Positions 7,399 through 15,500 of a stretch of DNA of 40,189 bases are shown in pieces (the stretch's first letter is position 1; each line of letters begins with the position of its first letter). Below the pieces are notes generated by a model, which was not told the DNA's origin, searched no databases, and saw only the letters and a program-made list of their open reading frames with translations. The position numbers and the translations under genes are program-made. Origin of the DNA: a virus; the IMG/VR virus record IMGVR_UViG_3300045988_065743; one strand, written 5' to 3'.

Positions 7399-7771
7399 GA
7401 TAACTATCCCGATGCCGCCCGTCACAAAGAAGAACTCTATGCGGATCGTGCGCAACAGAAAAACGGGGAAGCGGCGTATCATGCCGTCCCAGCAGTATAT
7501 GGACTACGAGGCGGAAGCTTTATGGCACTGCAAAAGGGCCAGAGTGCAGCGCCCCATTGAGGAGCCTGTGGAGGTCAAATGCCTGTTTTATATGCCTACC
7601 CGGCGGCGAGTGGATTTGACAAATCTGCTGGAATCCATCGACGATGTGTTGGTAAGTGCCGGTGTGCTCAAGGACGACCACAGCGGCATTATCGTTAGCC
7701 ACGACGGGAGTCGGGTGCTGTATGACAAGGATAACCCCCGGACGGAGGTGTACATAGCCGACTATGAATGA
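7391..7771 (+). CDS. rusA: RusA-family Holliday junction resolvase
   Basis: ATG at 7391 behind GGGGAGGAAG. IPMPPVTKKNSMRIV...RRRVDLTNLLESIDDVLVSAGVLKDD fits the RusA pattern (PPS.N ... DldN..K...D.l...g...DD). Confidence 0.8.
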   Translation: MIKITIPMPPVTKKNSMRIVRNRKTGKRRIMPSQQYMDYEAEALWHCKRARVQRPIEEPVEVKCLFYMPTRRRVDLTNLLESIDDVLVSAGVLKDDHSGIIVSHDGSRVLYDKDNPRTEVYIADYE

Positions 7772-8348
7772 TTTTGATTACGACTGCATGCAGAAAAAAC
7801 GCATAGCGATGGGTGCATTTGCTCACATCAACAGGAAACGCGGCGGGTGTTCGCTCCCCAGCGACACCCTCACCGAAAAGCAGAGGAAGGAGAAAAATGG
7901 AGAAGTGAAAAGCTATAATATCACGCGGCCTATGCCGTGGCATGAATTTAAGGCTATGCCGGAGGATCTGAAGCGCGAGTTTTTCCGCAACATGCAATCT
8001 TTCGGTGGAACGGCCAAATGGCTGGCGGAGGAAATGAACGCTTGTGATGCAACGATACGCCGCGAGGCGGAATTAGTAGGTGCGCCATTCCGGCGCGGTG
8101 GAAGAAACGCGGAGATGTGGCAGCGTAAAATCATGGAGTGGGCTAATGCGGATGCGGTGGACATACATACGGTGGATGCGCAGAGCGAGGAGCACGCTGC
8201 CAACGATGCACCGCCGAAAGCAGACAAGCCGCAGATGGGCGCAAAGCTGTTGCATGCCCGGCTGGAGATGAGCGGTGACCGGGAATCCCTGCTTGCAAAC
8301 CTACGGGTATTGCTGCCGGATGAAGGGCAGGTGACGGTGGAATGGTGA
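7764..8348 (+). CDS. Hypothetical protein (194 aa), possibly DNA-binding
   Basis: Overlaps the rusA stop. No catalytic motif recognised. Confidence 0.5.
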   Translation: MNDFDYDCMQKKRIAMGAFAHINRKRGGCSLPSDTLTEKQRKEKNGEVKSYNITRPMPWHEFKAMPEDLKREFFRNMQSFGGTAKWLAEEMNACDATIRREAELVGAPFRRGGRNAEMWQRKIMEWANADAVDIHTVDAQSEEHAANDAPPKADKPQMGAKLLHARLEMSGDRESLLANLRVLLPDEGQVTVEW

Positions 8349-8791
8349 AAAGAAGCGTGTTAATCGCGGCGCTGCTTGTAGCAATCTTGGGGACCTTGGG
8401 CATTGCGTCTGCCACAGAAAACAGCGGGCAAACGCCGGAGACTGTAGTTGCACCGCCGGTGGTGGTTCTGCCCAGCGATGAGCCGCAGGAGACCCAGGAG
8501 ACGCGGACGTGCGTGTTTACCGTCACGGCGTACTGCCCCTGTGAAAAATGCTGTGGGGCGTACGCAAATGGCTATACAGCCACCGGCGCAAAAGCCACGC
8601 AGGGCGTGACGGTGGCCGCAGATCCTGCCGTGCTGCCGATGGGCACGGAGATACAGATAGATGGCCATACATACACCGTGCAGGACACCGGCGGCGCTAT
8701 TAAAGGCAACCGGCTGGACTTGTATTTTGACAGCCACGAGGACGCACTCCAATGGGGGGTGCGGGAAAAGATCGTGAGGTGGGCCGAATGA
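8342..8791 (+). CDS. Secreted 3D-domain (MltA/RlpA-like double-psi barrel) cell-wall-binding or lytic protein
   Basis: Signal-like N-terminus (VLIAALLVAILGTLGIASA), then TVTAYCPC...GYTATGAKATQGVTVAADPAVLPMGTEIQIDG..YTVQDTGGAIKGNRLDLYF, the 3D-domain signature. Confidence 0.8.
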   Translation: MVKRSVLIAALLVAILGTLGIASATENSGQTPETVVAPPVVVLPSDEPQETQETRTCVFTVTAYCPCEKCCGAYANGYTATGAKATQGVTVAADPAVLPMGTEIQIDGHTYTVQDTGGAIKGNRLDLYFDSHEDALQWGVREKIVRWAE

Positions 8792-8988
8792 AAAGCCCCT
8801 GCGTAAAAGATTGCCCGGACAGGCTCCCCTGCGGGGCCTGCCGGAAGAACTGCGCGGCGTTCCGGGCGTATGAGGCCCAGCGGCTGGAGGAAAAGCCCTG
8901 GGTGGATCAAGCCAACACCGCCGCACGGGAACGCTATGTGCGGCAGAGCGCGAGGTTTGCAAAGGCCGGGAAACGACATATGAAATAG
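8788..8988 (+). CDS. Small Cys-rich protein (66 aa)
   Basis: ATGA overlap with the upstream stop. SPCVKDCPDRLPCGACRKNC cluster. Confidence 0.5.
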   Translation: MKSPCVKDCPDRLPCGACRKNCAAFRAYEAQRLEEKPWVDQANTAARERYVRQSARFAKAGKRHMK

Positions 8989-9000
8989 GAGGTTGACAAT

Positions 9001-9324
9001 ATGGATGCCGTAAAATTTTTGCAGGAACGAAATCGGATGTTTTTGAGCGGATGGGCCACTCCGAGCATTGGGCTGGAGGATGATTTTGACCCGGTTATGG
9101 CGGTTGAAATCGTCGAAAAGTGGAGCAAGCAGCATCCGCGTAAGACGCGGCAGAGCGTATTTCTGGAGCAATATCCTGAGACACAGATAGATGATAACGG
9201 CGTGTTGGGCGTATGCCCCGCCCCAATTTTTCATTCACATAGGACGGATGGAGGCAGATGTATAGACATCAACAGGAAATGCACTGATTGCCGCCGCGAG
9301 TTCTGGATGCAGGAGGTGGAGTGA
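9001..9324 (+). CDS. Hypothetical protein (107 aa) with C-terminal Cys motif
   Basis: RBS AGGAGG. RCIDINRKCTDCRREF. Confidence 0.55.
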   Translation: MDAVKFLQERNRMFLSGWATPSIGLEDDFDPVMAVEIVEKWSKQHPRKTRQSVFLEQYPETQIDDNGVLGVCPAPIFHSHRTDGGRCIDINRKCTDCRREFWMQEVE

Positions 9325-9325
9325 A

Positions 9326-9469
9326 ATGACAAAACAAGAAGCTGCTGCTATGTTAGTGCAGTTGTATGCAGACTACTCTACCTTGTGTGAAAAATATGGG
9401 TGGCCTCCCAGTGATGGAATGCCAGAGGCAGTAGCAATAGCTGTGCAGTCGTTGCAGGAGGTGGAGTGA
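9326..9469 (+). CDS. Hypothetical small protein (47 aa)
   Basis: ATG at 9326 behind AGGAGGTGGAG. Ends at a TGA that overlaps the next start. Below the ORF-track cutoff. Confidence 0.4.
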   Translation: MTKQEAAAMLVQLYADYSTLCEKYGWPPSDGMPEAVAIAVQSLQEVE

Positions 9470-9744
9470 TGGAACGAATGACAGAAAAGCACTATCTTGG
9501 CACAGACCATTACATAAAGTGTTCTGGTAACTGCAATGTGGACATGGATTGCATAGATTGCCCATCGTTTGACTGTCTGGTTGAACGCCTCGCCGCCTAC
9601 GAGGACACGGGGCTGACGCCGGAGGAAGTGACCGCACTTCAAAAAGATTGGAGCGACCGTTGCACGGTGACAACCCCTCTGGCGGCTATGAGTGGACATT
9701 TTGTGGCCATTGAGAACGGGGGTGTCAACGATGCGGCTGATTGA
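9469..9744 (+). CDS. Small Cys-rich protein (91 aa)
   Basis: ATG at 9469 (TGATG coupling, RBS GGAGGTGGAG). KCSGNCNVDMDCIDCPSFDC. Confidence 0.5.
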   Translation: MERMTEKHYLGTDHYIKCSGNCNVDMDCIDCPSFDCLVERLAAYEDTGLTPEEVTALQKDWSDRCTVTTPLAAMSGHFVAIENGGVNDAAD

Positions 9745-9967
9745 TGCGGATGCGGTGAAATTCAATTTCCAGTACGGTCGTGACGATAACGGCATTCTAG
9801 TGGTACGCTGCAAGGACTGCAAGCACTATCGCAACTACCCAAACGGTTTGTGTTACCTACATACGGAGCCAAAGACAAATGCCCGTGGGTATTCCGGCGA
9901 TGCGGTGTGTGTAGAGCCGGAGGACTTCTGCTCCTACGGCGAACGGAAGGAAGGTGCGGAATGTTAA
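9731..9967 (+). CDS. Small Cys-rich protein (78 aa), LIDADA-type N-terminus
   Basis: MRLIDADAV... start typical of small phage proteins. RCKDCKHY...LCYLH...VCVEPEDFC. Confidence 0.5.
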   Translation: MRLIDADAVKFNFQYGRDDNGILVVRCKDCKHYRNYPNGLCYLHTEPKTNARGYSGDAVCVEPEDFCSYGERKEGAEC

Positions 9968-10068
9968 TTTGCACTTGCCCTAACGAGCTGGAATGCCCCG
10001 CATTATTATCAGATGTGGTGTGTTTTCCGTGGTGCGAATATCTGGAGGACGGTGACGGCGATGATTGA
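9961..10068 (+). CDS. Tiny Cys-rich ORF (35 aa), uncertain
   Basis: ATG overlaps the upstream stop. RBS AAGGAAGG. CTCPNELECP...CFPWC. Confidence 0.3.
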   Translation: MLICTCPNELECPALLSDVVCFPWCEYLEDGDGDD

Positions 10069-10204
10069 TGAATGCAAGTGGATGCAAGACGAGGTTTGCG
10101 TCAACGCAGATTGCCCGCTGTGCTGTGATTTTTGCCCTGTGGCAGATACAGCCGGTGTGTGCCGGTACGAAGAGAGAGGTGACAGAGATGCTTCGGAGAG
10201 TTAA
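10061..10204 (+). CDS. Small Cys-rich protein (47 aa)
   Basis: MIDECKWMQDEVCVNADCPLCCDFCPVADTAGVC: 8 Cys in 47 aa. Confidence 0.4.
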   Translation: MIDECKWMQDEVCVNADCPLCCDFCPVADTAGVCRYEERGDRDASES

Positions 10205-10481
10205 CGGGCGGCCGATTCCGAATAATCCGGCCAAAGCCTACGAGGTGGGCAGGCTGGATGGCACAAAACAATGCATGGATAACGTGTCCTGTGTGCTGCT
10301 GGACAAGTGCGGATTCCATGTGCGGGAGGAGACGGCGGACAGCCACGACACCATGAGCATTGAGTATCTGCAAAAGTGCCTTGTGGAGCTGGTGGAGGCC
10401 AAAAACAACGGATATATCAAGATGGCTGACATAGAAAAGGCCCTGCAAGGCGAATATAAGATGGTAAACAGCGCGGAGTAA
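10188..10481 (+). CDS. Hypothetical protein (97 aa)
   Basis: Internal ATG at 10188 was chosen because the upstream part of the ORF overlaps the previous small gene. Confidence 0.45.
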   Translation: MLRRVNGRPIPNNPAKAYEVGRLDGTKQCMDNVSCVLLDKCGFHVREETADSHDTMSIEYLQKCLVELVEAKNNGYIKMADIEKALQGEYKMVNSAE

Positions 10482-10491
10482 AGGAGGGCAA

Positions 10492-10956
10492 ATGAGCAAA
10501 AAGGCGACACTGCCTTATGATGTGCGGTTGGAGTGCATTGCTTATGTGCGTGGATATCCGCGCCGGGTGCGGGCGTATCGCGAGGCTCGGGCGGAGATCT
10601 TGGGCGGTACGCATAGCGCTACGGAGGGCATGCCAACTGGATCGGGCGCTGGTAGGCCCGCCGAGAGTAAGGCGGAGCAGCTGGCCGCCATAGAGCGATG
10701 GCCGGAGACGCAGAAGATGCTTGCGGTGGAATACGCTATAGACCGCTGCGGCAGAGATATCGGCAGCGATACAATCCGGCGGCAGCTAATATATGGCATT
10801 ATGCGCAACTGCCAAGGCAAGCACAAGTATGCCCGTAATCGGATCGTGATTCCCGGGATTAGCGAGGCAACATTCAGCCGCCGGAAGGAAAGATTCCTGC
10901 ATGATATAGCGAAATATGCAGGGTTACTCGTGAAAGGTGATACAGATTCCACTTAA
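10492..10956 (+). CDS. Candidate late-gene transcriptional activator (sigma-70 region-4 / RinA-ArpU-like)
   Basis: Last gene before the packaging module. C-terminal HTH-like GISEATFSRRKERFLHDIAKYAG. Assignment rests on position plus a weak motif. Confidence 0.4.
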   Translation: MSKKATLPYDVRLECIAYVRGYPRRVRAYREARAEILGGTHSATEGMPTGSGAGRPAESKAEQLAAIERWPETQKMLAVEYAIDRCGRDIGSDTIRRQLIYGIMRNCQGKHKYARNRIVIPGISEATFSRRKERFLHDIAKYAGLLVKGDTDST

Positions 10957-11423
10957 TGATGTGCTACAATAGGTACAGTGGATGATAGGACATGGTCATC
11001 CACGCGATTTCCCAATCATCACTTTTCCTCCCTTCTATGCGCCGCCGGTATTGGGCGCACCTTCTGGCACCGAAAGGTCATACCGGCACAAACAGCCTGT
11101 AGGGAAACCTATGGGCTGTTGCTATATGCGGCGTCCAGATGGAATAGAGATGGGATGGCTATAGACAACATCCCAAATCTTGCGTGGCTCAAAACCGCGC
11201 CGCCGCTCCAAAAGCGGAGAGCCGCTGCCGTGGGCAAATGGCATAGCGCCTGCCCGGAAGTGCGGCTATACCGTTCAAAAGTGGACGGGGAAAAGACATT
11301 GCCCCCTGCGGGCAAACTGTGTAACCCATGTTTGAGAGCTTCCAGAAGGCCGCATGGGAGGGGAAAGACTGTTACTGTAGCCAAGGGGTGGGGGCTGGTA
11401 GCAAAACGAAAGGAAGTGAGCGT
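10957..11423 (+). promoter_or_regulatory. 467-nt ORF-poor, hairpin-dense leader upstream of terS, with an extended -10 (TGcTACAAT, 10962-10970)
   Basis: Stems at 10978-11003, 11044-11087, 11093-11118 (11 bp, GAAA loop), 11151-11175 and 11182-11200. Possible long-range pairing 11023-11032 / 11357-11366. Confidence 0.5.
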
Positions 11424-11837
11424 ATGGCTGGCGGAGCGCCGAGAAAATGGAAAAGCGTAAAGGCAATGCAGGAGGCAATTGACGCTTACTTCAAAGAGTG
11501 TGAGGGTGAGCCGTTTGTCGGCGATGACGGCTGTGCTGTGCGCGATAAGTACGGCATGCCGATTATCATCAATGCAAAGCCGCCGACAATCACAGGGCTT
11601 GCATTGGCACTTGGATTCACAGGGAGACAAGCGCTGCTGGATTATCAAGCAAGGCCAGAGTTTGCGGACACGGTTACGCGCGCGAAGTCCCGCTGCGAGG
11701 AATACGCCGAATCTCGGCTCTACGACAAAGACGGTGCGAACGGCGCGAAGTTTTCACTTGGCTGCAATTTTGGGTGGCGTGAAGTGAACGAGACAAAAAT
11801 AAGCACGGATTCCGTCAAGGTGGTTATTGATGTCTGA
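11424..11837 (+). CDS. terS: Terminase small subunit
   Basis: 137 aa immediately upstream of and overlapping terL. HTH-like PPTITGLALALGFTGRQAL. C-terminus typical of the phage small terminase family. Confidence 0.75.
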   Translation: MAGGAPRKWKSVKAMQEAIDAYFKECEGEPFVGDDGCAVRDKYGMPIIINAKPPTITGLALALGFTGRQALLDYQARPEFADTVTRAKSRCEEYAESRLYDKDGANGAKFSLGCNFGWREVNETKISTDSVKVVIDV

Positions 11838-13068
11838 TATTCTCTTGTCAGAAAAAATCGGCTCGGCGTTCTACGATGTGGCGCATGATGTGTTCCGCCA
11901 CGGTCACACGCACTACGATTTCAGCGGTGGTCGAGGGTCACTGAAGTCCTCCACGGTGTCTGTACTTGTCCCCCTGCTGCTGATAAACAATCCGGGGACA
12001 CACGCGCTGGTGCTGCGTAAGGTGGCAAACACCATCCGTGACAGCGTGTACGCACAGTATATCTGGGCAATCGGTGAGCTGGGTATGGCGGCGTATTGGG
12101 AAGCGAAGGTTTCTCCGATGGAACTGATTTATAAGCCTACCGGGCAGAAGATCATGTTCCGCGGTGCTGATGACCCGATGAAGATCAAGTCTATCAAGGT
12201 GCCGTTTGGCTATATCGCCGTGACGCACTTTGAAGAAAAAGACCAGTTTGCCGGTCGTGCCGAGATACGAACGATTTTGCAATCGACCATGCGCGGTGGA
12301 TCGAAGTATTGGAACTTTGAAAGCTACAACCCGCCGATAAGCCGCGATAACTGGGCGAACAAGGACAGCCTGGAAGAACGCACAGACAGGCTGTGCCACA
12401 AGTCAACGTACTTGCAAGCCCCGCCAGAGTGGCTGGGTGAGCAGTTTTTAGCGGAGGCGGAACATCTCAAGGCCACGGACGAGAGAGCGTACCAGCATGA
12501 GTATTTAGGTATTCCTGTGGGTACGGGCGGCAACGTGTTTGACAACCTGGAGCTGCGGGAAATCACTGACGAGGAAATGTCGCACTTCGACCACATCTAC
12601 CAAGGCGTGGACTACGGCTGGTTCCCTGACCCCTTTGCTTTTATCCGGCTGCATTACGACAGAGCGCGGGAGACTATCTATTTGATGGATGAGATATACC
12701 AAAACAAGCTCACAAACGAGGCAAGCGGGAACATCATCATTCAGCGTGGATATAAAGACGCATATATTACCTGCGACAGCGCGGAACCTAAAAGCGTAGC
12801 AGACTACCGCGCTATGAGCCTTCCGGCAAAGGCGGCGGTCAAAGGCCCCGGCTCTGTTGACTATGGTATGAAGTGGTTGCAGCGGCGCAAGATCGTCATA
12901 GACCGGAAACGCACACCAAACGCATACAATGAGTTTGTAAATTACGAATACGACCGAAACAAAGACGGAGATATTATCAGCGGCTACCCGGATGAGAATA
13001 ACCACTTGATAGATGCCACCCGGTACGCCGTTGAGCGCATTTCCCGTCGGATGGGAGTTATCGCATGA
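11830..13068 (+). CDS. terL: Terminase large subunit (PBSX/Terminase_3-like)
   Basis: 412 aa. Walker A-like FSGGRGSLKSS. A C-terminal nuclease block with acidic residues. Followed by the portal gene with an ATGA overlap. Confidence 0.9.
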   Translation: MSDILLSEKIGSAFYDVAHDVFRHGHTHYDFSGGRGSLKSSTVSVLVPLLLINNPGTHALVLRKVANTIRDSVYAQYIWAIGELGMAAYWEAKVSPMELIYKPTGQKIMFRGADDPMKIKSIKVPFGYIAVTHFEEKDQFAGRAEIRTILQSTMRGGSKYWNFESYNPPISRDNWANKDSLEERTDRLCHKSTYLQAPPEWLGEQFLAEAEHLKATDERAYQHEYLGIPVGTGGNVFDNLELREITDEEMSHFDHIYQGVDYGWFPDPFAFIRLHYDRARETIYLMDEIYQNKLTNEASGNIIIQRGYKDAYITCDSAEPKSVADYRAMSLPAKAAVKGPGSVDYGMKWLQRRKIVIDRKRTPNAYNEFVNYEYDRNKDGDIISGYPDENNHLIDATRYAVERISRRMGVIA

Positions 13069-14498
13069 GCAATGACGCAGTTATCAGAAAACTGAATGAG
13101 TTAGGTTATTCCACCATCACCGAAGCGTTTTACAGCAAAGTGGTGGAGTGGAAAAGCTGGTACCAGGGCAACGTGAAAGGTTTCCACAGCTACCGTGTCC
13201 GAAACGGCGAGAGCATGGTCAACTGCAAGCGGTATTCTCTCGGCATGGGGAAAAAACTGTGCGAGGATTGGGCGAACTTGCTGATGAACGAGAAAGTCAA
13301 GATCACCCTTGAAGAGCAGAAGGAACAGGAGTTCATCGACCGTGTTCTGACCGAGAACAATTTCACGGTCAAGGCGAACGAGATGCAAGAAATGAAGTCC
13401 GCGCTTGGCACGGTGGCCTATATCCCGCGCGTCGTCGGGCAGGAGATCAACGAGGGCGGCGAGATCGTCCCCGGCAATGCATCAGGCATCATTCTGGACT
13501 ATGTGACTATTGAGAACATTTACCCGCTGGCATGGCAAAATGGCTTTATCAGCGAGTGCGCGTTTTCCTCCGTTGTGACGCACAACGGCCACGCTTACCT
13601 GTATCTCCAAATCCACCACAAGGGCGAGGGCGGAAGCTACATCATCGACAATCGCATTTACCGTTATGATAACGAAATGCTGTCTGATGAGCAGCTTGCC
13701 AATGTCAAAGGCTTTGAGAATATCCCGCCTGTGGTATATACCGGCAGCGACAAGCGGCAGTTTGTTATTGACCGGCTCAACATTGCCAACAATTTCAACT
13801 ATCTGCTTCCGACCGGCATTGCAGTGTATGCAAACGCTATTGACGTGCTACAAGGCGTGGACATTGCGTACGACAGCTATGTAAATGAGTTCCGGCTGGG
13901 CAAAAAGCGAATCATGGTCAAGCCGTCTGCAGCAAAGTATCTGGACGGTGAGCCGGTATTCGACCCATCTGATGTGGCGTTTTATGTGCTTCCGGAGGAT
14001 GTGAGCGACGGCGCTGTTATTACACCCATCGACATGACCCTGCGGACAGCGGAGCATAACACGGGCATCCAAGACCAGCTCAATATCCTGTCCAGCAAAT
14101 GCGGCTTCGGCGAGACCTATTACCGTTTCGACGGCGGCAGCGTAGCGACTGCCACACAGGTCATCAGCGAGAACTCCACCATGTTCCGCACCATCAAAAA
14201 ACACGAGATCATCTTGGAGCAGGCATTGAAGGAGCTGTGCCGCATTCTGCTTCGGCTGGGCAACACGGCCATGAACGCTGGGCTGAATGAGGGTGTGGAA
14301 ATCTCCATCGACTTTGATGACAGCATCATTGAAGACAAGCAAACCGACTTTTCCCGCGATATGCAGCTTCTCAGTGCGGGCATTATAAACGATTGGGAGT
14401 TCCGCATGAAATGGATGAATGAGGACGAGGCGACCGCAAAGGCGGCACTACCGAAGATGCAGGAAATGACGACCGAAGGACAAGAGGAGGTAGAGTAA
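13065..14498 (+). CDS. Portal protein (SPP1 gp6-like)
   Basis: 477 aa. Position after terL, with the size and acidic C-terminus typical of siphovirus portals. Confidence 0.85.
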   Translation: MSNDAVIRKLNELGYSTITEAFYSKVVEWKSWYQGNVKGFHSYRVRNGESMVNCKRYSLGMGKKLCEDWANLLMNEKVKITLEEQKEQEFIDRVLTENNFTVKANEMQEMKSALGTVAYIPRVVGQEINEGGEIVPGNASGIILDYVTIENIYPLAWQNGFISECAFSSVVTHNGHAYLYLQIHHKGEGGSYIIDNRIYRYDNEMLSDEQLANVKGFENIPPVVYTGSDKRQFVIDRLNIANNFNYLLPTGIAVYANAIDVLQGVDIAYDSYVNEFRLGKKRIMVKPSAAKYLDGEPVFDPSDVAFYVLPEDVSDGAVITPIDMTLRTAEHNTGIQDQLNILSSKCGFGETYYRFDGGSVATATQVISENSTMFRTIKKHEIILEQALKELCRILLRLGNTAMNAGLNEGVEISIDFDDSIIEDKQTDFSRDMQLLSAGIINDWEFRMKWMNEDEATAKAALPKMQEMTTEGQEEVE

Positions 14499-15037
14499 TG
14501 GGCGGCAGAGGCGGATCCGGTGGCGGAATTGGAGCCGGAGAATCTGTGCGTGGGCGCGGTATGAGCTTTGCACGGTTTTTGTCAGAGCAGGATATTAACC
14601 GAGCAAACGCTGCGTCTGTCACTGATATGGGCGATATTATCAGGCACACATTTGAGCGCAACGCTGCTGAAATCAATGGGCTTGAGCTGTCGGACGCTGA
14701 AAAGAAAGACGCAGTAAAGCAGATGGCAGCTCTCGCAACAACGGCACTAAAAACGGCGGCAGGAGCAGTCAATCCTTACGCAAGCGGGCCTGCGCGCCTG
14801 ACAACGGCGCAGAAAACAGGAAGCGCCGCAGACAGAGCTGCAAGAGCGCGCGGTGAAATGGATAGCTACATGCGGAAATTGCGTGACCAGTCCAGTAAAA
14901 ACCGCAAAGCAGCAGAAAACAAGGCGTTTTCCAATGCCTTTGTAACAGCACAAAAGTCCGGCGCGTTGGAAGTTACGGTAAACGGAAAGAAATACCGCAG
15001 GGCTAACAAGCGCAGCGGTACATGGAGACCTGTTTAA
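14498..15037 (+). CDS. MGGRG-leader protein 1 (179 aa, helical, basic C-terminus); candidate virion cargo
   Basis: TAATG-coupled to the portal gene. N-terminus MGGRGGSGGG is shared with the ORFs at 15037 and 16154. Confidence 0.6.
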   Translation: MGGRGGSGGGIGAGESVRGRGMSFARFLSEQDINRANAASVTDMGDIIRHTFERNAAEINGLELSDAEKKDAVKQMAALATTALKTAAGAVNPYASGPARLTTAQKTGSAADRAARARGEMDSYMRKLRDQSSKNRKAAENKAFSNAFVTAQKSGALEVTVNGKKYRRANKRSGTWRPV

Positions 15038-15423
15038 TGGGCGGACGCGGCGCAAGTAGCGGCATGAGCGAAAAGGGCAAGCCTTACGGGAGCGAGTTTA
15101 GGACGCTTCTAAAAGCTGGGAACGTAAAGTTTGTAAAGCAAAATGCGGCATTGAACGCAAAAGACCCATTGGAAACTATGACCAAAGGGCGCATTTACGC
15201 AACGATAAACGATGAGGGCAAAATAAATGCAATCAGCTATTACGGTGCAGATGGAAAGCGCGTAAAAACAATTAATCTCTTACATAGCCACGAACAATTC
15301 AAGGGAGAGCACACGCACATCGGGTATTATCACGATGAGGGCGGCACAAGGGGCTTGACTGCGGATGAAAAGAAGTTGGTTGCATTCGTAAAAAAGGCCT
15401 GGTATAATAGGCATAGCAAGTAG
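15037..15423 (+). CDS. MGGRG-leader protein 2 (128 aa) with a His-rich HSH...GEHTH motif
   Basis: TAATG-coupled to the previous ORF. N-terminus MGGRGASSG. LLHSHEQFKGEHTHIGYYHDE may bind metal. Confidence 0.6.
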   Translation: MGGRGASSGMSEKGKPYGSEFRTLLKAGNVKFVKQNAALNAKDPLETMTKGRIYATINDEGKINAISYYGADGKRVKTINLLHSHEQFKGEHTHIGYYHDEGGTRGLTADEKKLVAFVKKAWYNRHSK

Positions 15424-15487
15424 TCGTATAGGGTGATTACACCGTGACTGCGGGAACTCCGGTTAGAATCCGGGCGCTTGCTATGCC
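15410..15487 (+). other. 78-nt Y-shaped structured element closed by a perfect 11-bp stem, with a T-arm-like hairpin
   Basis: ggcatagcaag (15410-15420) pairs with cttgctatgcc (15477-15487). Inner hairpins at 15422-15449 and 15458-15474 (CCGG-TTAGAAT-CCGG). Spans the stop codon of protein 2. Confidence 0.5.
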
Positions 15488-15500
15488 GTAAGGTACAGAA

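Noticed and set aside
10978-11460. 160-aa ORF (and a 60-aa ORF at 10982) in the gap upstream of terS
   Set aside because: W/R/C/P-rich, non-protein-like translation with no RBS, and it runs into the terS start. I treat the region as non-coding structured RNA/DNA instead.
15410-15487. tRNA-like gene or hammerhead-type ribozyme
   Set aside because: The T-loop has A where the conserved C56 should be, there is no anticodon arm or free CCA end, and the closing stem is 11 bp. The junction strand lengths (1, 8, 2 nt) and sequences lack the CUGAUGA/GAAA hammerhead core.
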